Shown piece after piece: positions 15,001 to 27,157 of a stretch of DNA of 64,000 bases. A program made the position numbers and the translations under genes. Source of the stretch: Balanoglossus misakiensis. Its lineage: Eukaryota > Animalia > Hemichordata. Under the pieces are notes generated by a model. The model saw only the letters and a program-made list of their open reading frames with translations. It had not been told where the DNA came from and did not search any database. Within the stretch, counting starts at the first letter, position 1. Each line of letters opens with the position of its first letter. Location: contig CM082592.2 in NCBI GenBank assembly GCA_040954595.2, positions 6,117,531 to 6,181,530 of the forward strand, read 5' to 3'.

Positions 15001-16092
15001 TGGGTTATAGCTCATGAAAATCATCCAGAAATGTCAATTTTTCGACTTCGCGAAATTTCAAAATTTGGTGGTTTTTGGATAAAAACCATGGGTTATAGCT
15101 CATGAAAATCATCCAGAAATGTCAATTTTTCGACTTCGCGAAATTTCAAAATTTGGTGGTTTTTGGATAAAAACCATGGGTTATAGCTCATGAAAATCAT
15201 CCAGAAATGTCAATTTTTCGACTTCGCGAAATTTCAAAATTTGGTGGTTTTTGGATAAAAACCATGGGTTATAGCTCATGAAAATCATCCAGAAATGTCA
15301 ATTTTTCGACTTCGCGAAATTTCAAAATTTGGTGGTTTTTGGATAAAAACCATGGGTTATAGCTCATGAAAATCATCCAGAAATGTCAATTTTTCGACTT
15401 CGCGAAATTTCAAAATTTGGTGGTTTTTGGATAAAAACCATGGGTTATAGCTCATGAAAATCATCCAGAAATGTCAATTTTTCGACTTCGCGAAATTTCA
15501 AAATTTCGTGGTTTTTGGATAAAAACCATGGGTTATAGCTCATGAAAATCATCCAGAAATGTCAATTTTTCGACTTCGCGAAATTTCAAAATTTGGTGGT
15601 TTTTGGATAAAAACCATGGGTTATAGCTCATGAAAATCATCCAGAAATGTCAATTTTTCGACTTCGCGAAATTTCAAAATTTGGTGGTTTTTGGATAAAA
15701 ACCATGGGTTATAGCTCATGAAAATCATCCAAAAATGACAATTTTTCGACTTTGCGAATTTTCAAAATTTGGTCATTTTTTGAAAATAATCATGGGTTAT
15801 AGCTCATGAAAATCATCCACAAATGTCAATTTTTCGACTTCGCGAAATTTCAAAATTTGGTGGTTTTTGGATAAAAACCATGGGTTATAGCTCATGAAAA
15901 TCATCCAGAAATGTCAATTTTTCGACTTCGCGAAATTTCAAAATTTGGTGGTTTTTGGATAAAAACCATGGGTTATAGCTCATGAAAATCATCCAGAAAT
16001 GTCAATTTTTCGACTTCGCGAAATTTCAAAATTTGGTCATTTTTTGAAAAAAATCATGGGTTATAGCTCATGAAAATCTTCAAAAATGACAA
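1..16092. repeat. Tandem satellite array, 88-bp monomer (CTCATGAAAATCATCCAGAAATGTCAATTTTTCGACTTCGCGAAATTTCAAAATTTGGTGGTTTTTGGATAAAAACCATGGGTTATAG), ~183 copies, truncated by window start
   Basis: The monomer phase recurs at 7621, 8941, 10261 and 11581 (1320 bp = 15 x 88). Most copies are identical. Diverged monomers occur near the right edge (15730-15800, 16030-16092). The ORF track shows no ORF of 60 aa or more here. Confidence 0.99.
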
Positions 16093-17714
16093 AGAACTGA
16101 CACAAAACAAAGCTTGTTTCTATACAGGTTTTATTTTAAAATTGACAAAGACGATACTGCACTGATACCGGACAGTGTCTACAATGTGTCAAGCCAAATG
16201 AAGTAAAAAATATTACAGTACACTAGGAAATAAACACATAACAGGCAATATGTGAACTGAACAGAAAAATGTTACATACTGACAAAATGTGACATCATTT
16301 ATTTTGAAAATTCTCGACTGATAAGACAGTAAAATGGCAGAGAAATAAAATTCATATGCAGTAAAATGATTTCAGTTTTCGTCTCTGTACTGTCAGTAAG
16401 GAAAGGATAATCAAATAGTCGTAAACATTTTTTTGGACTTGTATGCCGAAATAAATTTGAGGACATGTACCATTGTGGCTGCACCTAACAGCGCCCTCTT
16501 TAGACCAATTTGATAATTAGTGAACACACTTCCTGTGACACCCACAGATGGTCTGCTAAATATCAATGTGTCTACTGAATAACCTTCATGAGAATGTAAC
16601 TATTGGTTTACGGATAAGCTGAACAAGCAGGCTTTTCCTGTTGAGAATCGACACTGGGTGAAAATCTCAAGTATTTGATTGTATCATGGCAGCCACGGTT
16701 ACAAGCCGCTTCTGAAAGGAACATAATGGACTTCATGCAGTGGTATCATCCTATTCTACACAGGAAAATCTCCTTAATTAGCTCCAATTCAGAGGGGTAT
16801 ACGTACAGTACATATTAGCCAAAACTGCGAGACACCTCTAGTTCATATCAACAAAGATCTTGGTTCTCAAAATCACTGAACTCTCGCAAAAGAAAAAACT
16901 AAAAGGTACAAAGATCTAATATCAGATATGTGATTAGTTATCTCACTCATATTTTTATACATAATCCATGTAAAGCTGCAATTTTAATTGAAGAATTTTT
17001 GACATTCATCTGAATACAGCAAAAAAGGGTTTTCATCATTAACTTATACATGGTAGGGTTTGTGCCTTGATTCTTAATTTGTCTCAAAATCAATGGAGTG
17101 TAATCTTTACAAAAGATGAATTGTCAGAAACGACATCCATTAGTGGTGAGACTTGTGACCAGACCCCCTAACCCAAAGAAAAGTTTCTCTTAGTCTTTGA
17201 GAAACTGAGATACTGTTTGTGCACAAGAGCAAACATACAATCCATCATGGATACATTTTTATAACATCAACCTGACAGCCAGTCACCTGTTACCTGTAAA
17301 ACGTTCCTACAGTACATGATAGAGTTGGAAAACAAAGCTTATATTACTGTCACAGTAATGTAGAATGTCAACCAATCAACTCACAGAATTTTCTAGGTCA
17401 AAGGTCATTCTGTGTAAAACCATTGCAATAATCCTCAACGTAGATTGTAGGTAGTGAGCCTAGGTTGTAGACCATGTGTTGAAATTGACGGTTTCTGCAG
17501 TACTGTGACAATATCCATCATAAGCATAAATACATCTAATTACACAGTGAATTTACAAATTGAAAGTCGACACAAGGTTCTTAGCAGGCCACCTGAACCC
17601 ATGATACTGATGATAACTGGATCTCGCCTTCATTTTTGGCGGAAGTAGAGTTTAAAAGAGTTTACCGATTAAATACTTTGATGTCCATGAAAAGAGTCTG
17701 TGTAATAAATGTCT

Positions 17715-19576
17715 CTATTTCTTATATTCTATTCTTTCAACTTTGACCTCCTCACCGATTAATTGATAGACGTACGTGACAACTGTGGACGCTTGGATAT
17801 CCATGAGGACAAATGATGGTAACACATTCCTGAAAGAAAAAGAAGGAAAAATACATGTTTTAATATTAACTCTTTCACTACCATGGTTCAGTCCGAAGAG
17901 ATTGTTTTTTTTTTGGTAAGATTGGACCTGTGAAGAGGAAACTTGGGGTGAAAGGGTTAAGGAGCTTGTCCAGAAAAAGTTTGACATTTCGCCACGAAGA
18001 TGCCTCATAGCATAAAGATTCATGTCATATTTATATTCTGTAAGTGTAGGATGAAAATAATTGACTACAAAAACAGATCACAAATTACTTACGTGTCTAA
18101 TGGACTGTATGCTCCCGTTGCAGAGCCAGGATTTATGAAGAATTTACTTTCGTGTTCAAATGCTTCGAATTTGTGCGTGTGTCCTGAAATGAGTATGTCA
18201 ACATCCAGCTGCCTCTGGACTAGCGCTAAACTTTCGATGTCGCCCCACGGGACCACTTGATGACCGTGACAAAGACCAATACGGAACTGGCCGACATTGA
18301 CAACCTTCTGTTCTGGGTAATTCACATTCTGAAACCAAGAGCGAAAAATGTGATTGGCAATACTAGCATTCTCTCTTTATTATGTCATTGTGACATTCAG
18401 CCATTTGTATTACGGTTACTTAGAATGTGAACATACGTTTTCCTATAGTTTCCCAAATCCACTTGGTGAATTTACTTACAGATCAGGCCTACCATAGACA
18501 ACCAAGCCAAGAAACAGAAAACCCAACATGAGACAATTAAACACTAGCTGAGAAAAAAACCCAACCCAGTGTTAGCAAAATCTACATTGCGTAACTTGTG
18601 GGTTTCTTTATTCCTTGGCTAGTGTTCATTTCATGCTGGGTTTTCTGCTTCTCCGCTTGGTTCACTATGGTAACCTGGATTAGAAAAGCCAGATAGAACA
18701 GAGCATACTTACATCATCAAAATCTCCCCTCACCACATGTACATCACTGGCTAGTGTTTTCAGATAATCTATGGCTTCTTTGGTGCACAGATTCCCTGTG
18801 CACAAGATATGCTGAATTTTCCCCGGCACCAGCAACTTTTTAAACTTTGCTGGGAGGCTGTTACACCGGTACGGTATGTGGAGGTCTCCTAACACCAGGA
18901 CCAACTGAAACAAGAATTTGAAAAAATTAATTATCATTTACTTCTGTTATATTCTTCTGGGTTCTGGTGATGGGTAATATACTTATGCTTACGAGTTGTA
19001 GCTCCATAGACCAACCTGTGGTAACTAAGAACTGACCCACTCATATGAGATTTGAAAATAAGCTGAAAGGCATTTATTGCTGAGTGTCAGGGCGATGATG
19101 TTTCCTAGATTCCAGCAGTGAAGTGTCAATGAATTTCACACATTTACATTGTAATACTATAGTATCATGAGTATATAGGGGGCGGTACTGAGCCTGGACA
19201 AATGGTAGATTTCAATAACACCTGTCTTCTTTTCTGCATTTGCGATTATCGAAGTTGTACATGTATGTCTATAGACATGATACACGAGAATATAACTAAC
19301 AGCAAGACAGAAAATTATCAATAAACATGTACTAGTACATGCCGGGAGAACATGATTCCTCCCACTGCCACGGTACACTCGACTTCCGGGGTCACATGAC
19401 AGTGAGCAAATTGGACGATTTCCGAAACTGTATCGTTGTTTATGCCATATTTACATTCGTCCTTGAAATGATATAGAGTTTTGAAACCACGTGAAACTAT
19501 TTTTGTTGATTACGTGGTCCTAATTTCTACAGAAATTAACAAAATTTGAAGACAAGCAATGATTTCCACCCACCAT
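17715..19576 (-). CDS. VPS29: Vacuolar protein sorting 29, retromer/retriever subunit, ~181 aa. Exons 19576-19574 (ATG only), 18904-18713, 18328-18093, 17829-17715
   Basis: Spliced translation [41 protein letters not shown]...[26 protein letters not shown]...KVERIEYKK matches VPS29. All introns are GT-AG with consistent phases. Confidence 0.96.
17866..17960. mobile_element. ~90-bp TTAA-flanked mini-MITE (piggyBac-like termini), copy in VPS29 intron 3
   Basis: TTAACTCTTTCACTACC...GGGGTGAAAGGGTTAA. Homologous copies lie at ~24505, ~34276, 49151 and 52594. Confidence 0.65.
18484..18677. mobile_element. Degenerate fold-back MITE in VPS29 intron 2 (~80-bp imperfect arms, CAG...CTG ends)
   Basis: Left arm CAGGCCTACCATAGACAACCAAGC..AGAAACAGAAAACCCAACATG..AACACTAGC matches the reverse complement of the right arm (CAGGTTACCATAGTGAACCAAGC..AGAAGCAGAAAACCCAGCATG..AACACTAGC). 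GAT flanks both sides. Confidence 0.6.
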
Positions 19577-19842
19577 GTTTGCTGCTGCGCAGAACCGTAA
19601 GCGCAGATCGACATTCTTTAATAGACATCCCATTAAAACACACAATGTGATTGGTCAAAAGTAAAATGGCCTTCACATGTGCACCAATTATACATACGAA
19701 AGCATATGGTTTTAGGAAAGAAATAGGTGGACAATCAAAATGGCGGTCAGATCAAACTCCGTCGAGCAAAATTACCAACGCAGTACTTTTGAGAGTTGAT
19801 TACTACATTTGCTGTGCAGTTTGAAAGTTGTAATCGATTACG
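19577..19842. promoter_or_regulatory. Bidirectional promoter and 5' UTR region shared by VPS29 and RAD9
   Basis: Only 266 bp separate the divergent ATGs. It contains CCAAT boxes (~19650, ~19684), a YY1-like AAAATGGCGG (~19737) and a CHR-like TTTGAA (~19820). An E2F-like TTTCGCGC lies just downstream in RAD9 intron 1 (~19952). Confidence 0.7.
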
Positions 19843-22800
19843 ATGAAGTGTGTGATACCGGGAAACAACGTTAAAGGTAACCGATCGCGATCCCCGCCGT
19901 GTTTTCATTATAAGACACCCTTGTCAGTTAATCAGTTGTTGAACGTGCGTTTTTCGCGCAATGTTATTGTTTACGTTAATAATACATGTAGATTGTTGTT
20001 TTCTCCGATCTGATTTCACCTCGAAATATATATGATCCTGATAGTGATTATGAGAAAAAATCAGTTTGATTCGAGTGTTCCTTCACTCTGCTTGAGCCTC
20101 CCCCGGTTATCAATCACACTTCTCTGCTAACACAGGCTTTTCCTTGTCTTTTAGTGTTTGGCAGAGCAATACACTGCCTTTCCAAGATTGGTGAAGATCT
20201 CTATATTGAACCACTGGAACACGGAGTAAGTAACGGATCAAGTCTGATCAGTCGAAGCCTATTGTGGTACTCACTTTTTGTATGTGTGGTTTAACTTTCC
20301 TGGGAAGCAAGATTTATGTAGGCCTTGTTTATAGCTCTTTACATTGATGTAACTGAAACTTTTTTTATGATTAAGTTGTTTTCCAAGTTTCTTAGTTTTC
20401 TTCCAAAAGCTTATAAATGTCAATCATATTATCACCACATGAATAAAACTGACTCCCTACATATGACTAGATATGACTTTTTTTTTTTTTCAGCTTGGGT
20501 TGAGGACTGTCAATTCTTCCAGATCAGCATATGCATGTTTCATATTTGCACCAACGTTTTTTTACCACTATGATGATGGCAAACCAGAGATTTCCACACA
20601 GCAAATGCCAGATGATGAAGACAGTGTGTTTAAATGCAAGATCACCATGAAGGTATGTACTGCATGCCTGGTCATCAGGCCTATATATATGTAATGTCAG
20701 CGTTGTTATTGTTGCAAATAGAATCCATACCAGAATCAATTTGTCATCAATAACAATGGCCCGCTGTTACACACACACACACACACACATTTACAGGTTA
20801 ATAAAACGAGAAACTGCATTTGATACAGAAAAGAGAAATACTGAACACATACTAGCCAAAAGTTCCAGATAGTATCCTTTTATTAAAATGTCAGGGATCA
20901 GTACATTAATTATGTTATGAGCAAAAGGGTATGTACAGTTTCATCTGATTATTTTTCTTCTCTCCAGTCTTGTCTATCAGTGTTCAAGTCACTTGCAACC
21001 ATTGAGAAGACAGTGGAAAAATGTAAAATAAAACTCAATGCGACAGATGCGCGGTTAATTTTTACACTGTACTGTAAATATGGTAAGTCGAGCATTAGGG
21101 TATATAATTTGAAATATATATGATACAAAACAAAGAGACGTACTTGCATAAAAATACAAAGCAAAACCGAAGTTTTTGGCAAACTGGTTATCTGCTGTTT
21201 GCAAATGTTTATAGTCAAATTTTAAATCTCACCCACAGGTATCACCAAGACATACAATCTAACTTACCAAGAGACAGAGTCCCTACAAGCAGTGTTTTCA
21301 AAAGATCTCTGTCCAAATAAATTAGTGTCACAGTCAAGGTAAAGTTCAATAATTTGTTTACTACTGTATTAAAATATCTAATTACCGCAAAAGTTATGTA
21401 AAGGATAACTCTATCATTAAGCAAATCTACACATTTTTCACAACCATATTCTCTATTTTTTCAGGTTGTTCTGTGAGGCTGTGGGTAACTTTCAAACGAC
21501 ACAAGAAGAAATCAGCCTGATCGTGTCGCCAGAAAAAGTCAGTTTAAAAAATTATGTAGATGATGAGCCAGGTAAGTGTTGACTGCTGACTGATTTGTTA
21601 TCTTGGTCCTTTTCCTGTCAATTATTTTGTTGATATTTTGTCTATCATATCACTCCATGTTTTCTTGTGGTTTACAGACCCTGGAAAAGTAGATATGATT
21701 TCAGATTACAGGCTTTGAAAATGATTTACTACCATCAGGTAAAATAACCCTTTTTCCTCCTTTCCAGATCCAACAAAAGTTACACGCACTGAGATGGCAT
21801 TGATGCCAGAGGAGTTTGATGATTTCACGATAGGTTTGGACACAGAGGTCACATTCTGTCTGAAGGAATTGAGGGTATGTGGATATACATGTTCAGTGTG
21901 TATGACATAAACTAGCACTCAGAACAGTTCTAGTGGTCTAACAGATGGAAATGTGATTAAGATAGTAAAATTGATCCAGTAGGATGGCAACCAATCATTC
22001 CAGTTTTCCCAGTTGACAGTCTTGTATACCAGTAGTATCTTGATGAGAGGCATGATAAGTTTGAGAGATCATTTAAAATTGACAGGCTCTTTTTTCATCG
22101 TCTGAATTCTCGTTTAATTTTATAGGCTATATTATCATTTGCTGATGCCTGCTGTCGCCAAGTGACCACAAATTTTGAAACTATGGGCAAGTAAGTACAT
22201 GCACTGTACGCTGAGAAACCGTACCCAGAAAATGGTCTGACATGACACGGTGGTTTTATTAATCTACTGCCTCCTGGAAGTGGATCATCACTATGACGAA
22301 AGTGAGAGTACATGTGTATATTATTGTCAACATAGAATTATGGTGTTTCTTCCCATTACACATATCTTTCAGATTAGATGATATTTCCGGGACAGAGAAT
22401 CCTATTAAAATAATCTTTGTTCTGTTGAAACAGTGACTCAACTGATCACGTATGTCTCTCATTATTCTAGACCCATTGTGTTCACTTTGGACGGTGAAGG
22501 CATCTTTGAGGCCAATTTTGTGCTGGCTACATTAGCTGACCCAAGCTCCAGTCAGAATGCCACCCCACATCAGCCGTCTACATCCACGTCTACTCATAAA
22601 ACGACTCAAAAAGCATCAAGGTAATAAAAAAAATCATATTCGGTGATTGCAACACTTTCATCCATTCCTACACAAGTGTTTTCATTTTTATTGCCATGAA
22701 TGACAGTGATTTTTCCTCCATGACTGATATTTATATCTTGTCTCCATGTACAGGGAAAAACAGACATCAGTCATGGCCAAGAAACAAAGCATAAATGAAA

Positions 22801-23853
22801 CACGAAACCAGCAATCTCACAGGTTAGAATCTAATGGACACAATCCCAGCAATGAACGTGTACTTCGATGTAGTACTTTTTATCCGCTGTGCTCTGAGAT
22901 GATTTACTACAGAATAAAAAACAATGTGAGAATGATATAACGGGATTTACCTCCAAATGGTTCAAAATATTTAACATCTCAGTCTGTAAAATCTGATTTC
23001 AGGGCATCCAAAACACATAATTCAACGCCCTCAATCAGCAATACAGGGAGAGGTGATGTCCATGCAAGTAACAGAAAACTTACTGAAAGGATTGCAAGAG
23101 GAGATGAGATGCAGAATACTGTTGCTAGGAAACAGAAAGCGGATGGTGATGATGAAGATAACCATGGCAGCTATGCATCCAGTGAATCATTCTCTTATCA
23201 AGGTGATGGAATTTCCCATTTATAGCTGAATTATAACTTGATCATGTATCGCTGGTTTTGGAGATGAAATGTCATTTGTTCACGTTGCCAAGACTTCAGA
23301 GTGAATATTACATGCAACTTGAACAGTAGAAATCAGAAATGAAGTTCTAGCCATCTTGCCATGCATTTAGGATGACATTTTGAAGTCTTCATTTGCCGTG
23401 TATTACAGGTGCAGTTGTGAAACAGGAGGCGAGAGATACAAAGAAGGCACTCACTGCCAAGACGTCTGCAGATGATGATGCCAGGACAGACACTCACAGG
23501 GGGACTACGGACACGTCACACGACAATGGGGCTGGGGACGCTGATATGACCACCATGGACGTCGACATGCCAAGTGATGATGAGTTTGAATTCATCCCCA
23601 GTACGCCACCCACTAAAAAGGTAAACAAAGAATAGCATTTGATCCTCAATTTCTTCGTTGTTGTTTCTGGTCGACTTTTGAGACAAATATGTAGGAAATG
23701 GAAATACGGTGGTCTTGAAACTCTATTGTTTGTTTCCAGTTTAAATCCATGTTCTTCGGATCCAGCCAATCACAGACCACCGCGTCACAGCAAACGGTTG
23801 CCAAGAAACCAGCAGTCATATTGGCAGAAGATACAGATGAAGAATCCGACTGA
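19843..23853 (+). CDS. RAD9A: Cell-cycle checkpoint clamp subunit RAD9 (9-1-1 complex), ~500 aa. Exons 19843-19876, 20155-20225, 20494-20652, 20968-21082, 21239-21338, 21465-21571, 21768-21874, 22126-22190, 22471-22620, 22754-22822, 23003-23202, 23409-23620, 23740-23853
   Basis: [71 protein letters not shown] and the tail [16 protein letters not shown]...[11 protein letters not shown] are RAD9 hallmarks. Exon lengths sum to 1503 nt, in frame. Exons 10-11 in the low-complexity tail are less certain. It is probably co-orthologous to vertebrate RAD9A and RAD9B. Confidence 0.92.
20769..20789. repeat. (AC)n microsatellite, ~10 units, RAD9 intron 3
   Basis: Directly visible. Confidence 0.9.
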
Positions 23854-23984
23854 TGATGATGATGATCTTGCAGATTGATTGTGTGCTTCTGTTTGATGAA
23901 TACATTCTTCGGTCTACCTGTAGACAAGATCTTCTTATGGTTTCACGACCTTATTGCAATTTCTGCTGTACTTACACCATGTAT

Positions 23985-24085
23985 AATAAAGTCTTTTTGT
24001 TTATTTTAAGGGAAAATAAACCTTTTTATTAAAAAAAAAAAAGTAAACGTCAGACTCATGTTCATGTTAACAGTTTTTTTTTATT
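23985..24085. terminator. Cluster of poly(A) signals on both strands (convergent RAD9 and PPTC7 3' ends)
   Basis: AATAAA on + at 23985 and 24015. AATAAA on - (TTTATT) at ~24000, ~24025 and ~24080. Confidence 0.55.
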
Positions 24086-24504
24086 TTCTGCACTGCAACT
24101 GAAATATAATCTGCTTTGCTCACATAAACATTCCTTACAATGTAAAAACTGTCTTAGAACAACACAAATGAAAACACGTACAAATTTGTCTGGCAACTCA
24201 GATTGGGGTTGTGTTTCGATGAAGAAAAAACACATCTGCTGGCCTGCAGCAGTCTTGCTAGGTCTCAGCTGATTGGTCAGTTCCGTCGCATCCCTTAATT
24301 TGGCTGCAGAAATGACCAATCAGAAAGCTTTTCTTATCCTTTGCAGGGATTGCAAGATGAAGCATGGCCAAGCAACAACAGATGGGAACTTCAATGATGA
24401 CAGTGAAACATGCAGCGCAGTGAACTAAACTGAACAACTCGCACAAAGATCAACAAACACTGAACATGGTAGCCAACAAATTTAGTTACAAACTCAAACT
24501 GAAG

Positions 24505-24596
24505 TCACCCTCTCACCATGATGATTTAGTTCAACCGCATTGTTTTCAATGGTAAGGTCAGACCAAAATACAGGTAAATGGGGGTGAAAGGGTTAA
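24505..24596. mobile_element. ~90-bp TTAA mini-MITE copy (in putative PPTC7 3' UTR)
   Basis: ..CCCTCTCACCATG..CATTGTTTTCAATGGTAAG..GGGGTGAAAGGGTTAA, colinear with the 17866 copy. Confidence 0.6.
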
Positions 24597-27157
24597 TCAA
24601 ATCTACCACTCCACACAATATAGAAATATCTAATTTAAAACAATCTTTATAGAGCCTGTACACCAACTATTTACAGATGCCTAAATATATAAATTCTTAA
24701 GTTTTCCATTTTCTAATTACCTCCAAAAAATCTGGCTACGGTGCCTCAACATTTCATCAAAATGGGAGAAAATGAATTCATGGTTAACTTACATAGCAGT
24801 TAAGCCTTTTCCGTCATTTGGGAATGTTCACACAAACACAGTAATACGAGAATTATATTTTGAGTTATTGCTCTTTTTGGAGAGTGGACCGTATCTCGTA
24901 TCTTCAGGTAATGACCATTTCGATTTTTCATAAAGAACTGTTCTTTTGGTAGGAAATGCTGGAAAAAAGCTTCTTAGAAAACTGGTAATTCCAAACACAA
25001 AGGATTCCTTCAGAATACACATAATTCCCCCTTGTGCAAACCAGTCTGCCACGGTTAGTTGTCGGAGGGCGAGGTTGGCTGTATTTCAGTAATACGCTGA
25101 CCCTCTTTGTTTTAAATACAAATCATAACAGCAGAATTAAACACCCGACAAAAATGCAATGAAGATGAAAAAGCTCTTCAACATTGTCAAAATAACCGTT
25201 CTCTCACACAATGAGAATAAACTTACAGCAACGGCAAATGTAAAGACTTCATAAAGTTCCCTCTCACAGCAAACTTTGGCATGGAATAAATTCTACATGA
25301 AATTTCTCTTTGCGCTAAATCTATTGTACATCAATACAGGCGTAATTATTGGTGTCTGACAATGAATATGAACGGTTTAAAAATTGATCAAGCATATGAT
25401 TTTTTTCCCTCCACAGTGTTTGGTGAACTGTACCAGTGTAAAATACAGACCAAGTCACTGCAATTCATGGAAGCGCAACATTCACAATTTTCTGAGGCAA
25501 AAGTATGACAAGACAATTCATCATCACACCACTGAAACCACGAGTTCCACCTTGAGTTGCATTTAAAACTTGGTCCCAGTGAAAACAGCAGTATCTCCCA
25601 GTGGAGTTCACTAGCTACCGTACGTACATTCTCGGGACATTTTCACAATCAACCCTGCAGTTTTTTTTGCAAGCCCAGCGCAAGTGAGCAGCTGATGAAC
25701 GAGCTGAACAAAATTGTGCTGGCAGGCTACTCTGAAATAACAGCAGTGCAGACTATAGAGCAGTGGACACTGATGTGTTGGTGGGTGGGGAAAGGGTGTG
25801 GAGGAGGGGGGTTGGGTCAGGGTGGAGGGGGTCAGGGAAGGTGCATGTCACAGGGCGAACACAGGTTGGAAGGAAGCAAAGTGGATGTGGCTTTGCGAAC
25901 ACAAAGCTATATAGACAACACCCAAGCAGGGAATGATGCCTACACAGCAGATGACAATAAAGGTTTGCAGCTGCAGGAATCCCAAGAACCCCAGCACGTC
26001 TCTGGCTACAGCAGCAAGTGGAGACTCGACAGAAAAGAACCACAAAAGAAAGCCAAGCAATGCCACCAACAACGGCTGCACAAACACATGGCACAGTCCA
26101 ACCACTTCTAACTACATCAAATGTAAAAAAATAAAGCAAACCAGCACTCTCGGGGGTTAGATTTCTAGCTATATACAAGCATAACGGATAATGTGCGTGC
26201 GATATATTTTTTTTATCCTTGTTTTAACATTCTAACATCGTACAACAGTCTTCCCATTAAAGGGTCAATACTAAGTGCAGAAACAACAAATTGTGTACAT
26301 CTTACACCTGAAAACTGGGTAAGAAATAATTGGCAGTGAAAACCAGCGTCTCATCATACGGGGTTCATAAGCTCAAAATCACTCAAAAATTCCACAGCTT
26401 TTTCAGTTTTTTTTTTTCAGGACTGTTGGTGGTACCATATTATATGATACTGTCTCACTAAGGGGTTCAATGTCACTGCAACACTCAGTTCTGGGTACAG
26501 TGGGGATCTAACCAGCTCTCCTAAACTCTACCCAGTTATGCGTGCGACATACACGTCTATAAAAAAACAGCACCCCATTTGTCAAGTCATGGCTTCACAT
26601 CTTCACGAAGGAAAAAAGGCACACATATGTGCTGAACAGGTGAAACGCATACCCACGTAAACTAAGAAAAAGACGAACATTTCAGGTTTTGTGTTTGAAA
26701 CGAAGTGATGTGTTATTTCCTTTTATACTCTCGATGCACTTTTTAAGAAAGCTGCCACTGAAATATGTAAGTGTAGCTTCTTGAATTCCATTGGTAGCAT
26801 CTCGGATTTTACATCGACGGGCGTGTGCCCGGTAAAGTTTACAGTTCCTGAGTCTGACAGTAACCCAAACAGCAAACGTGCATAGAGTCAAACAAGCTAC
26901 GATGAAAACGTTTAACAGACTTGGAATCTCACTTGTATCAGCTACACACACTGAAGTATTATACACCATGACGGTTCAACAGCCCGTGGAAAATACGGGC
27001 GTGGGAATATGAAAAAAGTCATATGTACAGTGAGTGGTTGGTATCTATGTAAATGTCACACTGGGCCTGGATTCATTTCTGAACAATGTGCAACACATTC
27101 TCTCTCTCTGCCCCACTCACTTACTTACACACACACTCGCAGTCACACACACATGAT

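Noticed and set aside
1-16092. CRISPR array, coding repeat or telomere repeat
   Set aside because: Monomers are contiguous with no unique spacers, there are no cas genes, no long ORF and no TTAGGG. The context is eukaryotic.
25557-26111. 184-aa plus-strand ORF
   Set aside because: It has a non-ATG start, low-complexity content and no recognisable family, and it is antisense to the likely PPTC7 3' UTR.
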